A DNA stretch of 64,000 nucleotides from Rhizobium sp. Q54 (GTDB taxonomy: Bacteria; Pseudomonadota; Alphaproteobacteria; Rickettsiales; UBA1997): assembly GCA_945875865.1 (NCBI GenBank), contig CAMCMF010000003.1, forward strand, positions 8,418 through 72,417, read 5' to 3'. Positions 9,758-17,465 of this stretch are shown one piece after another. Each line of letters starts with the position of its first letter. Within the stretch, counting starts at the first letter, position 1. The notes beneath the pieces are model-generated. The model saw nothing but the letters and a program-made list of their open reading frames with translations, was not told the origin of the DNA and ran no database searches. A program made the position numbers and the translations under genes.

Positions 9758-9888
9758 AAATTGTCTTTTCCGGCAATTTTGAGTTTTAACAAATTTGCTT
9801 GAGAGCGCGTATATCTAATACGCTTGCCTTCTCGCAAATTTGTTAAAACTCAAAATTCCTCGAAAAATCCTAATTTTTAGAGGCGCCC
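9747..9888. mobile_element. MITE-like element, family E (full length, about 142 bp)
   Basis: Terminal inverted repeats GGGCATCTCTAAAAATT / AATTTTTAGAGGCGCCC plus an internal 23-bp inverted repeat (ATTTTGAGTTTTAACAAATTTGC); short or partial copies at 21937, 52167, 52530 and 54613. Confidence 0.75.
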
Positions 9889-10163
9889 TTAATGCTGAGT
9901 CTGGTTTGAACAAAAAAAGTCTGACTATTTTGCTTTTCGCTTTAAGTGCATTTAATGAAAGAGATCGATCGGAATCAGATCAAAATATGTTTGGCCGTCT
10001 AGAAAAATATTATCGTCAAGTTTCTAAGGATGTGCATCAAAAAAAATTCTCGAAGATTTAATAAAAAAGTATGATCTAAAAGAGGTGGGTTTGAAAGTAG
10101 ACTTGCCGCCTACCGAAACTGGAACTACACAACTTGAAGTTGAAGCGGTGCAATTTTCAGCAG

Positions 10164-10604
10164 CTAAAGCGCCGACGAAATAAAAAATCTAACAACTGCC
10201 TTGCCATTTTCCTGTAGAAATTCGATTTCCAAATTTTCACGTTCACGTTTCAAAGCTATTTTTTCTTCAAGATTTTTTACAATTTGCCAGCCCATTTGTG
10301 GTAAAGTTTTTATGTAGAAATCACGCACTTCTTTTTGGTTCAAATTGCTGTTATAAGTTGATGAAACAATGCTGCCAGAATTAGAATCAAAACCAAGGCT
10401 ATCTTCAGAAATTTTTTCCATTCCAACCAATAAGGGCACATCTTCGCTGCCTTGTGCAAATTCTTCTGAGGCGATTATTTCACGATCTTTTTGTGAGATA
10501 GAATCAACGCTATTTTCAAAAGATTTTTTTAGTTTTTGTAGCGAAAAATCTTCACAAGAACAAGTGAAAATCGTGAGTAAAATTAGAGAAAGAATTTTTT
10601 TCAT
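10164..10604 (-). CDS. hypothetical lipoprotein
   Basis: MKKILSLILLTIFTCSCEDF: signal peptide with a lipobox-like Cys; start set at ATG 10604. Confidence 0.55.
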   Translation of the reverse strand: MKKILSLILLTIFTCSCEDFSLQKLKKSFENSVDSISQKDREIIASEEFAQGSEDVPLLVGMEKISEDSLGFDSNSGSIVSSTYNSNLNQKEVRDFYIKTLPQMGWQIVKNLEEKIALKRERENLEIEFLQENGKAVVRFFISSAL

Positions 10605-10605
10605 A

Positions 10606-11418
10606 TTACCTCTGACAAGTTGGACAGTAAAAGCTCGAGCGGCCATTTTGCACGATTCTTTGAATCAAATTTTTACAATGCAAACAGTTTTGCTTCTCTC
10701 TGCCATAAACCTTGAAGCTGTTTTGAAAATTTCCTAAATCGCCCTTGGCATTTACGTAATCTGAAATTGAAGAGCCGCCGAGATCAATGGCTTTTTTGAT
10801 GATTTTTTTAATTGAGGAGATGAGTTTTTTGATCTCGGAATCTTTTAGATCGCAAGCATTGCGAAGCGGCAAAATTCCTGAATCAAAGAGAGATTCATTA
10901 ATGTAAATATTCCCCACGCCAACTACAATTTCATTATCCATCATGGTGGTTTTGATATTCATTTTTTTGCGGTGTAATTTTTCTTGGAGATAGGAAAAAT
11001 AAAATTCATCGCTCAAAGGTTCCGGTCCAAGTTTGGACAGCATTTTATGAGTTTTTAAATTTTTAGTTTCGATTAAATCTACAAAACCAAAACGGCGCGT
11101 ATCATTGAAAATAAGCCAAGAGTCATCGGAAAATTCGCCAGCAAAATGATCATGTTTTAATTGTTTAAAATCATTGCCAATCGTGATTTTTCCACTCATT
11201 CCAAGATGAAGAATCAGACTTTTTTTATTGCTAAAATTAATGAAGAGATAGCGCGCTCTTCTGACAATTTCTAAAATCTTTGCACCTTCCAAGCCATATA
11301 AATCAAGACTCGATTCAATACGCATTTTTTTGTTGGAGCGGAAAATTTTTGTAATTTTTTTTCCAACTAAATTTTCAAGACCACGGCGGATCGTTTCTAC
11401 TTCTGGCAGTTCTGGCAT
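10606..11418 (-). CDS. mutM: formamidopyrimidine-DNA glycosylase
   Basis: Starts MPELPEVETIRRG (catalytic N-terminal Pro); C-terminal zinc finger CLHC...CPTCQ. Confidence 0.9.
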   Translation of the reverse strand: MPELPEVETIRRGLENLVGKKITKIFRSNKKMRIESSLDLYGLEGAKILEIVRRARYLFINFSNKKSLILHLGMSGKITIGNDFKQLKHDHFAGEFSDDSWLIFNDTRRFGFVDLIETKNLKTHKMLSKLGPEPLSDEFYFSYLQEKLHRKKMNIKTTMMDNEIVVGVGNIYINESLFDSGILPLRNACDLKDSEIKKLISSIKKIIKKAIDLGGSSISDYVNAKGDLGNFQNSFKVYGREKQNCLHCKNLIQRIVQNGRSSFYCPTCQR

Positions 11419-11499
11419 TTTTAAAAGAGTAAAATATTTTAAACCCAAATCCATCAACGGATCTGGGTTAAAAATTCATTCCTAATTCCACAAATTTTT

Positions 11500-12174
11500 A
11501 TGTCCATCAACGAACTAAAACTCCCAGCAGAAGCCACTGACAATCGCGTTTTAATGCATAGCTGCTGCGCGCCTTGTGCGGGCGATTTAATGGAGCGCAT
11601 GAAGGAATCAGGCATTGCGCTGACGATTCTTTTTTACAATCCCAATATTCATCCAAAAAAAGAATATGAGATTCGTAAAAATGAAAATATTCGCTTCGCT
11701 GAAAAAATGGAAATTCCATTTATTGATTTGGATTACGATGTGCAAAATTGGTTTGCGCGCGCTAAAGGTTTAGAAAATGCGCCAGAGCGAGGGGAGCGTT
11801 GTACAAAATGTTTTGACATGCGTTTTGAGCGCACGGCGCTTTATGCCGCAGAAAATAATTTTAAAATCATCACATCATCTCTCGGCATTTCGCGCTGGAA
11901 AGATATGGATCAAATTAATGATTGCGGAATTCGCGCCGCAAAAAATTACGCAGGAATTTCTTATTGGACTTTCAATTGGCGCAAAGAAGGCGGCGCAGCG
12001 CGGATGTATGAAATTGCTAAGCGCGAGGAGTTTTATAAGCAGGAATATTGTGGCTGTATTTTTTCTTTGAGGGATACGAATAATTGGCGGAAAAGTAAGG
12101 GACGCGAGGAAATAAAAATTGGTGAAGAATTTTATGCGGAGAAGATAGGGGTGAGTGAAGGTGAAGAGCTTTGA
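11500..12174 (+). CDS. queH: epoxyqueuosine reductase QueH (DUF208)
   Basis: HSCCAPCA...RCTKCFDMR...EYCGC cysteine pattern of the DUF208/QueH family. Confidence 0.75.
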   Translation: MSINELKLPAEATDNRVLMHSCCAPCAGDLMERMKESGIALTILFYNPNIHPKKEYEIRKNENIRFAEKMEIPFIDLDYDVQNWFARAKGLENAPERGERCTKCFDMRFERTALYAAENNFKIITSSLGISRWKDMDQINDCGIRAAKNYAGISYWTFNWRKEGGAARMYEIAKREEFYKQEYCGCIFSLRDTNNWRKSKGREEIKIGEEFYAEKIGVSEGEEL

Positions 12175-12180
12175 TTTTTT

Positions 12181-12255
12181 TGGAGCGGGCGAAGGGATTC
12201 GAACCCTCGACATCCACCTTGGCAAGGTGGCACTCTACCGCTGAGCTACGCCCGC
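12181..12255 (-). tRNA. tRNA-Gly (anticodon GCC), CCA encoded
   Basis: The reverse complement folds by hand into a cloverleaf. Acceptor stem is GCGGGCG/CGCCCGC, anticodon stem CCACC/GGTGG with loop TTGCCAA, and T arm GAGGG-TTCGAAT-CCCTC. Length is 75 nt. Confidence 0.95.
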
Positions 12256-12376
12256 GCTTCCAAAAAGAAGGGCGCGCAACTTATGAAGCAAAAAATAATT
12301 TGCAATGTTGAATCCGGAACATAATTTTTGACTAGCTCTAAAACTCCCTCCCTCCTTTATTTTCAAGCCTTCTAAT

Positions 12377-12997
12377 ATGAAATTTTCTAAGAAACTTTTT
12401 ATTACCTTTTCCTTACTGCTTTTGATTTTTTCAACTTCTTGTGTTGAAACTATAGTGATTGGTTCAATCGCTGGTGGTGCTGTAGCTGTGCGTGAAAAGA
12501 GTTTGAATGATTCTAGAAAAGACATCGTGATTGGCTCTGTGCTTCTGATAGAGCTTGTTGCTAACGGTTTAAAAAATCCGGGAAATTCTATCGATTTTAC
12601 AATTAATGAAGGTCGAGTTTTATTAACCGGTATCGCACGCGACGTTGAAAAAGCTCAGCTTGCACAACTTCTCGCCTGGAAAGTTGATGGTGTGAAAGAA
12701 GTAATCGACGAAATTCAAATTCGTGAAGATGGAAAATTTTACGCTAAAGATATTTTTTCTGCGAGTTACGATTATCTAATTACAGCGCAGATTGAAACCA
12801 GAATATTATTCGCTCGCGATGTCACTTCAATGAACTTTAAAACCACTGCAATTGATGGCGTGGTTTATGTTTTAGGCGTCGCTGAAAATGAATTTGAGAT
12901 GCGTCGAGTTTTGGGTCTTGCAGCAAAAGTGCGCGGCGTTTCTAAAGTTGTTAATCATGTAGTTCTTAAAAATGACAGCCGCCGCAACAACAAATAA
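12377..12997 (+). CDS. BON-domain lipoprotein (OsmY-like)
   Basis: Signal peptide plus lipobox (LLIFSTSC); two BON-like repeats (...INEGRVLLTGIA..., ...AIDGVVYVLGVA...). Confidence 0.65.
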   Translation: MKFSKKLFITFSLLLLIFSTSCVETIVIGSIAGGAVAVREKSLNDSRKDIVIGSVLLIELVANGLKNPGNSIDFTINEGRVLLTGIARDVEKAQLAQLLAWKVDGVKEVIDEIQIREDGKFYAKDIFSASYDYLITAQIETRILFARDVTSMNFKTTAIDGVVYVLGVAENEFEMRRVLGLAAKVRGVSKVVNHVVLKNDSRRNNK

Positions 12998-14360
12998 TTC
13001 CACAGAAAATAAAGTTGTAACTTTTGGTTGTCGCTTAAATGCCTACGAGTCTGAGGCAATAAAAGAAGCTTTAAAAAATTCCGATCAAAAAAATCTTGTC
13101 GTCTTTAATTCTTGCGCCGTCACCTCAGAAGCTGAGCGTGATTTGCGCCAAGCAATTCGCCGTACCAAGCGCGAAAATCCTCACGCAAAAATTGTTGTAA
13201 CTGGCTGCGCTGCGCAAATTGATCCGCAAAAATATGCTCAGATGGAAGAGGTGGATTTGGTGTTGGGAAATGTTGAGAAGTCAAAATCTGCAAGCTACGA
13301 ATTTCAAAATCACACTGCAGAAATTTCCGAAAAATTATTAAATTCTGATTCCGATATCGCTCACAAAGACCGCATTTTTTTTGAAACAAAAAAAGCCGCC
13401 GCAAATTTTTTAACTCCCGACGAAACCGCTAAAATCAAGGTTAACGACATTATGTCGGTGCGCGATACTGCGCCGCAACTTGTCAGTTATTTTGAAAATA
13501 AAACCCGCGCTTTTTTAGAAATTCAAAATGGCTGCAATCACCGGTGCACTTTTTGTATTATCCCTTTTGGCCGCGGAAATAGCCGCTCGGTGGCATTTGG
13601 CGAAATTGTTTCGCAAACAAAAAAAATGGTCGCAGCGGGACATCGCGAAGTGGTTTTTACCGGCGTTGATATTTCTGGTTACGGTGAAGATTTAGTGGTG
13701 CCGATTACTTTATCACAAATGTTAAAACGTTTGCTGGCTTTGGTTCCCGAGCTTCCGCGTTTACGTTTATCTTCAATTGATGTTGCGGAAATTGATGAAG
13801 ATTTTTTTGAATTATTAAAAACCGAACCACGCTTAATGCCTTATTTGCATTTGAGTGTGCAATCAGGCGACGACATAATTTTGAAGCGCATGAAGCGTCG
13901 TCATAATCGTCAGCAAATTTTAGAATTCTGCGCCAAAGCCCGCCAAATCAGGCCTGATATGACTTTCGGTGCCGACATCATCGCTGGCTTTCCAACTGAA
14001 ACCGACGAGATGTTTGAAAATTCTCTGCGCTTAATTTCCGAAGTTGGAATTATTTTTAATCACATTTTTCCTTATTCAAAACGCGAAGGAACGCCAGCCG
14101 CAAAAATGCCGCAAGTGAATGGAAAAATAATTAAGCAGCGTGCGAAATTATTGCGTGCAGCTGGGCAAGCTGAGCTAGAAAAATTCTTAAAAAAACAGGT
14201 AGGAAAAAATATAAAAGTAATTGTCGAAAAAGATGGAATCGCCCGCGCAGAAAACTTTTTGGAAGTAAAAATTTTAGGTGATTCAAAAAAATTAAAATCC
14301 AGCGATCTCTTGGAAGTCAAGGCTTGTGGCGTTGAAGGAAATTTTTTAACCGCAGAATAA
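12972..14360 (+). CDS. mtaB: radical-SAM methylthiotransferase, MtaB-like
   Basis: N-terminal UPF0004 domain (VVTFGCRLNAYESE), radical-SAM CNHRCTFC, C-terminal TRAM-like region. Confidence 0.8.
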   Translation: MTAAATTNNSTENKVVTFGCRLNAYESEAIKEALKNSDQKNLVVFNSCAVTSEAERDLRQAIRRTKRENPHAKIVVTGCAAQIDPQKYAQMEEVDLVLGNVEKSKSASYEFQNHTAEISEKLLNSDSDIAHKDRIFFETKKAAANFLTPDETAKIKVNDIMSVRDTAPQLVSYFENKTRAFLEIQNGCNHRCTFCIIPFGRGNSRSVAFGEIVSQTKKMVAAGHREVVFTGVDISGYGEDLVVPITLSQMLKRLLALVPELPRLRLSSIDVAEIDEDFFELLKTEPRLMPYLHLSVQSGDDIILKRMKRRHNRQQILEFCAKARQIRPDMTFGADIIAGFPTETDEMFENSLRLISEVGIIFNHIFPYSKREGTPAAKMPQVNGKIIKQRAKLLRAAGQAELEKFLKKQVGKNIKVIVEKDGIARAENFLEVKILGDSKKLKSSDLLEVKACGVEGNFLTAE

Positions 14361-14365
14361 AACTA

Positions 14366-14434
14366 CTGGATCCCCGCCTGCGCGGGGATGACAAACTCTC
14401 TCTCCGTGTCATCCCCGCGAAGGCGGGGATCCAG
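14366..14434. repeat. palindromic hairpin-doublet repeat, family A (unit GTCATCCCCGCGAAGGCGGGGATCCAG)
   Basis: CTGGATCCCCGCCTGCGCGGGGATGAC - spacer - GTCATCCCCGCGAAGGCGGGGATCCAG. Confidence 0.9.
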
Positions 14435-14464
14435 GAGGGATAAACTAAAAACTCAAATCACCAT

Positions 14465-14530
14465 ATGAGTTACTGGACATACATCTTAAGTTCAAAAAAA
14501 ACGGCACGCTTTATATCCGGCGTCACTAAC
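14465..14530 (+). pseudogene. truncated 5' fragment of a GIY-YIG nuclease gene
   Basis: ATGAGTTACTGGACATACATC...A8...GGCACGCTTTATATC-C-GGCGTCACTAAC, then it abuts the second duplication unit. The last codons (GGC GTC ACT AAC) differ synonymously from the full copy (GGT GTT ACC AAC). Confidence 0.7.
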
Positions 14531-14552
14531 TTTTAACCGCAGAATAAAACTA

Positions 14553-14621
14553 CTGGATCCCCGCCTACGCGGGGATAACAAACTCTCTCTCCGTGTCATC
14601 CCCGCGAAGGCGGGGATCCAG
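14553..14621. repeat. palindromic hairpin-doublet repeat, family A
   Basis: Second copy inside the 187-bp duplication, 2 substitutions relative to 14366-14434. Confidence 0.9.
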
Positions 14622-14651
14622 GAGGGATAAACTAAAAACTCAAATCACCAC

Positions 14652-14932
14652 ATGAGTTACTGGACATACATCTTAAGTTCAAAAAAAACGGCACGCTTTA
14701 TATTGGTGTTACCAACGATTTATCGCGCAGAATTTTTGAACATAAAAACAAATCTAGCGAAGGTTTTACGAAAAAATATGGAGTGGATAAGTTGGTTTAT
14801 GCAGAGGAATTTACGAATATTAATGAGGCAATTTTTCGAGAGAAATCTTTAAAAAAATGGAATCGCAAGTGGAAGTTGAGATTGATAGAAAGTATTAATC
14901 CAACTTGGAGCGATCTTTACGAAACTTTATAA
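14652..14932 (+). pseudogene. small GIY-YIG nuclease (COG2827/UPF0213-like), frame interrupted in an A8 run and intact after a -1 shift
   Basis: Frame 0 gives MSYWTYILSSKK. The -1 frame from 14687 gives NGTLYIGVTNDLSRRIFEHKNKSSEGFTKKYGVDKLVYAEEF...EAIFREKSLKKWNRKWKLRLIE...*. Joined, this is a canonical GIY...YIG...R...E...N domain of about 93 aa. Confidence 0.75.
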
Positions 14933-14935
14933 ATC

Positions 14936-15001
14936 CTGGATCCCCGCCTACGTGGGGAAGGTGCCGAGAGGCTTGTCATCCCCGCGAAGGCGGGGATCCA
15001 G
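14936..15001. repeat. palindromic hairpin-doublet repeat, family A
   Basis: CTGGATCCCCGCCTACGTGGGGAAG...GTCATCCCCGCGAAGGCGGGGATCCAG, 3 nt after the GIY-YIG stop. Confidence 0.85.
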
Positions 15002-15025
15002 TAAGTTAAAACTTAAACAAAAATT

Positions 15026-16603
15026 ATGACCATTTCACAAAAATCTTACCTCGAATCGAAAGCTTGGCCGTTTGAAGAAGCGCGCAGAATTTTGGAAAAA
15101 GTTGGCGGAAAGACTCCAGCGAAAGGTTATGTTTTATTTGAAACCGGCTATGGCCCGTCTGGCTTGCCGCATATTGGAACTTTTGGTGAAGTGGTGCGAA
15201 CTTCTTTTGTGCGTCATGCTTTTTCGATGATTGCGCCCGAAATTCCGACGAAAATGTTTTGTGTTTCGGATGATATTGACGGACTTCGCAAAGTGCCGGA
15301 AAATTTACCGAATCAGGAAATGATCCGCGCGAATTTGGGTCGTCCACTCACTTCAGTTCCAGATCCTTATCAAACTCACGCATCTTTTGGTGATCACATG
15401 AATGCGCGTCTGCGTGGCTTTCTCGATGGTTTTGGTTTTGAATATGATTTTATTAGCGCCACAGAAAAATATAAATCCGGCGCCTTTGATTCAACAATGC
15501 TGCGCGTTTTAGAAAAATATGAAGAGTTGATGGAGCTAATGCTACCAACACTTGGCGGTGAGCGTCAGGAAACCTATTCACCTTTTATGCCGATTGATTC
15601 TGAGTCAGGAATCGTAATTGATAAAGGCGTGAAAGGTGTGAATAAGCAGCGTGGAACCGTGATCTATCTTGATCCAAATGGCGTTGAAAAAGAAGTTCCT
15701 GTAACTGGTGGCAATTGCAAATTGCAGTGGAAAATTGATTTCGGCGCGCGCTGGTATTCGCTCGATGTCGATTACGAAATTTATGGAAAAGATCACCAAC
15801 CCAATGAAAGAATTTATCGCCGCGTCTGCGAGATCTTGGGCGGCAAGCCTCCAGTGAATTTCACTTACGAAATGTTTTTATCCGACAATGGTGAAAAAAT
15901 TTCCAAATCGAAAGGAAATGGCATTTCAGTTGAGGATTGGTTGAAATATGCACCGGCGGAATCGATGGCGCTTTTCATGTATCAAAAACCAAAAACGGCG
16001 AAGCGTCTTTATTTCGACGTAATTCCGAAAGCGATGGATGAATATTTAACTTTTGCACAAAGTTTTGTCGGACAAGAAGAGGCTGCGAAGCTAGATAATC
16101 CGGCCTTCCACATTCATGCCGGAAAAATTCCGTCGATAAATTTTAATGTCAGCTATTCGCTTTTGTTGAATTTGGCTTCAGTCTGCAATCCAGAAAATGA
16201 TGCAGTTTTGTGGGGATTTATTTCGAAATATCAGCAAGGTTTGAGCGCCGAAACTTCACCGCTTTTGGCAAAAATGGTTCATTGCTCAATTGCTTATTAC
16301 AACGATTTCATCAAGAAAAATAAAAAATTCAGAACTGCTTTGGAAGCAGAAAAATCAGCGCTTCGTGAACTTTGTTTAATGTTAGAAAATTTTCCAAAAG
16401 AGCAAGCGCATGACGGCGCTTTATTACAAAATCAAGTTTTCCAAATCGGAAAAAATCACGGTTACGAAAGTAAAATGCGCGATTGGTTTTTAGCGCTTTA
16501 CCAAATTTTGCTCGGCCAAGATCAAGGCCCAAGAATGGGATCTTTTATCGCGCTATTCGGGATTGAGAATTTTGTAAAATTGGTGGAAGAGAAAATCAAA
16601 TAA
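15026..16603 (+). CDS. lysK: lysyl-tRNA synthetase, class I
   Basis: Class I signatures PHIGTFGEV (HIGH-like) and KISKSKGN (KMSKS); about 525 aa, as in class I LysRS. Confidence 0.9.
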   Translation: MTISQKSYLESKAWPFEEARRILEKVGGKTPAKGYVLFETGYGPSGLPHIGTFGEVVRTSFVRHAFSMIAPEIPTKMFCVSDDIDGLRKVPENLPNQEMIRANLGRPLTSVPDPYQTHASFGDHMNARLRGFLDGFGFEYDFISATEKYKSGAFDSTMLRVLEKYEELMELMLPTLGGERQETYSPFMPIDSESGIVIDKGVKGVNKQRGTVIYLDPNGVEKEVPVTGGNCKLQWKIDFGARWYSLDVDYEIYGKDHQPNERIYRRVCEILGGKPPVNFTYEMFLSDNGEKISKSKGNGISVEDWLKYAPAESMALFMYQKPKTAKRLYFDVIPKAMDEYLTFAQSFVGQEEAAKLDNPAFHIHAGKIPSINFNVSYSLLLNLASVCNPENDAVLWGFISKYQQGLSAETSPLLAKMVHCSIAYYNDFIKKNKKFRTALEAEKSALRELCLMLENFPKEQAHDGALLQNQVFQIGKNHGYESKMRDWFLALYQILLGQDQGPRMGSFIALFGIENFVKLVEEKIK

Positions 16604-17381
16604 TACTCTTCACTTCAGAAATTAAATTCAAAAAAACATCAGTTTCGTAATTATCATGCTTGCCTTGCATAATTGAGGTGATGCGTTCCAAGCCCATGCC
16701 GGTGTCGATGCAGGGTTTTGGAAGTGGAATCATTTTTCCATCCTTATGTTTTTCAAATTGCATAAAAACCAGATTCCAAATCTCAATAAAACGATCGCCA
16801 TTTTGATCTTTTGATCCCGGAACGTCGCCGAAAATTTTATCGCCATGATCGTAGAAAATTTCAGAGCAGGGGCCGCATGGACCAACTTCGCCCATCGACC
16901 AAAAATTATCGTCGGTGGAAATTTTTATAATTTTTTCATCGGAAAGTCCGGCGATTTTTTTCCATAAATTTTTTGCATCTTCGTCAGTGTGATAAACGGT
17001 CACTAAAAGTTTTTCTGCTGATACGCCAAGTTCTTTGGTCAAAAAATTCCACGCGTAAAAAATCGCTTCTTCTTTAAAATAATCGCCGAAAGAAAAATTT
17101 CCCAACATCTCAAAAAAAGTGTGATGACGTGCGGTGTAGCCGACATTGTCGAGATCATTATGCTTGCCGCCGGCGCGTACGCATTTTTGTGAAGTTGCAG
17201 CCCGTTTAAATTTTGGAACTTCAATGCCAGTGAAATAATTTTTGAACTGATTCATGCCGGCATTGGTGAACATCAATGTCGGATCATTATGCGGAATTAG
17301 TGGTGAAGATGGAATAATCTCGTGGCCATTTTTGGCGAAATAATCGAGAAATTTTGTGCGGATTTCGTTGGTTGAAAGCAT
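16596..17381 (-). CDS. alaS: alanyl-tRNA synthetase, N-terminal fragment (class II catalytic core, motifs 1-3)
   Basis: [20 protein letters not shown]...[10 protein letters not shown]...[19 protein letters not shown]...[15 protein letters not shown]...; ends ...[10 protein letters not shown]; the stop overlaps the convergent lysK by 8 nt; start taken at ATG 17381. Confidence 0.85.
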   Translation of the reverse strand: MLSTNEIRTKFLDYFAKNGHEIIPSSPLIPHNDPTLMFTNAGMNQFKNYFTGIEVPKFKRAATSQKCVRAGGKHNDLDNVGYTARHHTFFEMLGNFSFGDYFKEEAIFYAWNFLTKELGVSAEKLLVTVYHTDEDAKNLWKKIAGLSDEKIIKISTDDNFWSMGEVGPCGPCSEIFYDHGDKIFGDVPGSKDQNGDRFIEIWNLVFMQFEKHKDGKMIPLPKPCIDTGMGLERITSIMQGKHDNYETDVFLNLISEVKSII

Positions 17382-17407
17382 GGGGGCAATTAGCAATTAA
17401 GAGTTAG

Positions 17408-17465
17408 CAAGTAACAATTAGCAGTTTGTGGCAATTGTTAATTGCTACCTGCTAATTGTTACTTG
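17408..17465. promoter_or_regulatory. 17-bp-stem inverted repeat between rnpB and the alaS N-fragment
   Basis: CAAGTAACAATTAGCAG - 24 nt - CTGCTAATTGTTACTTG; the loop holds a second palindrome (GCAATTGTTAATTGC); no T-run follows on the minus strand. Confidence 0.4.

Larger units (their letters stand above)
14344..14716 (+). repeat. tandem duplication, 2 x about 187 bp
   Basis: Copy 1 is 14344-14530 and copy 2 is 14531-14716. Each contains TTTTAACCGCAGAATAA (the last 17 nt of mtaB with its stop), a family A element, and the first about 66 nt of a GIY-YIG ORF. There are only 3 substitutions before the last 15 nt. Confidence 0.9.

Noticed and set aside
9840-10061. 73-aa ORF downstream of the family E element
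   Set aside because: It starts inside the repeat, has no recognisable features, and is followed by another short frame fragment. It is probably non-coding or a gene remnant, and is mentioned only under the 9116 finding.
12235-12525. 96-aa minus-strand ORF and ORFs 11875..12225 and 12017..12217
   Set aside because: They overlap tRNA-Gly, queH or the BON lipoprotein gene and have no independent support.
14366-15001. Regularly spaced identical palindromes (14366, 14553, 14936) could look like a CRISPR array
   Set aside because: There are only three copies. The sequence between the first two is itself duplicated (a 187-bp tandem repeat), the repeats are hairpin doublets of 66-69 bp, and there are no cas genes. 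This is a dispersed palindromic repeat family.
16596-17381. Split intein or trans-splicing as the explanation for the two alaS pieces
   Set aside because: The N-piece ends ...EVKSII* and the C-piece begins MSVKPEL. Neither has extra sequence or intein blocks (no Cys/Ser-initiated insert and no terminal HN motif). The pieces account for AlaRS sequence only.
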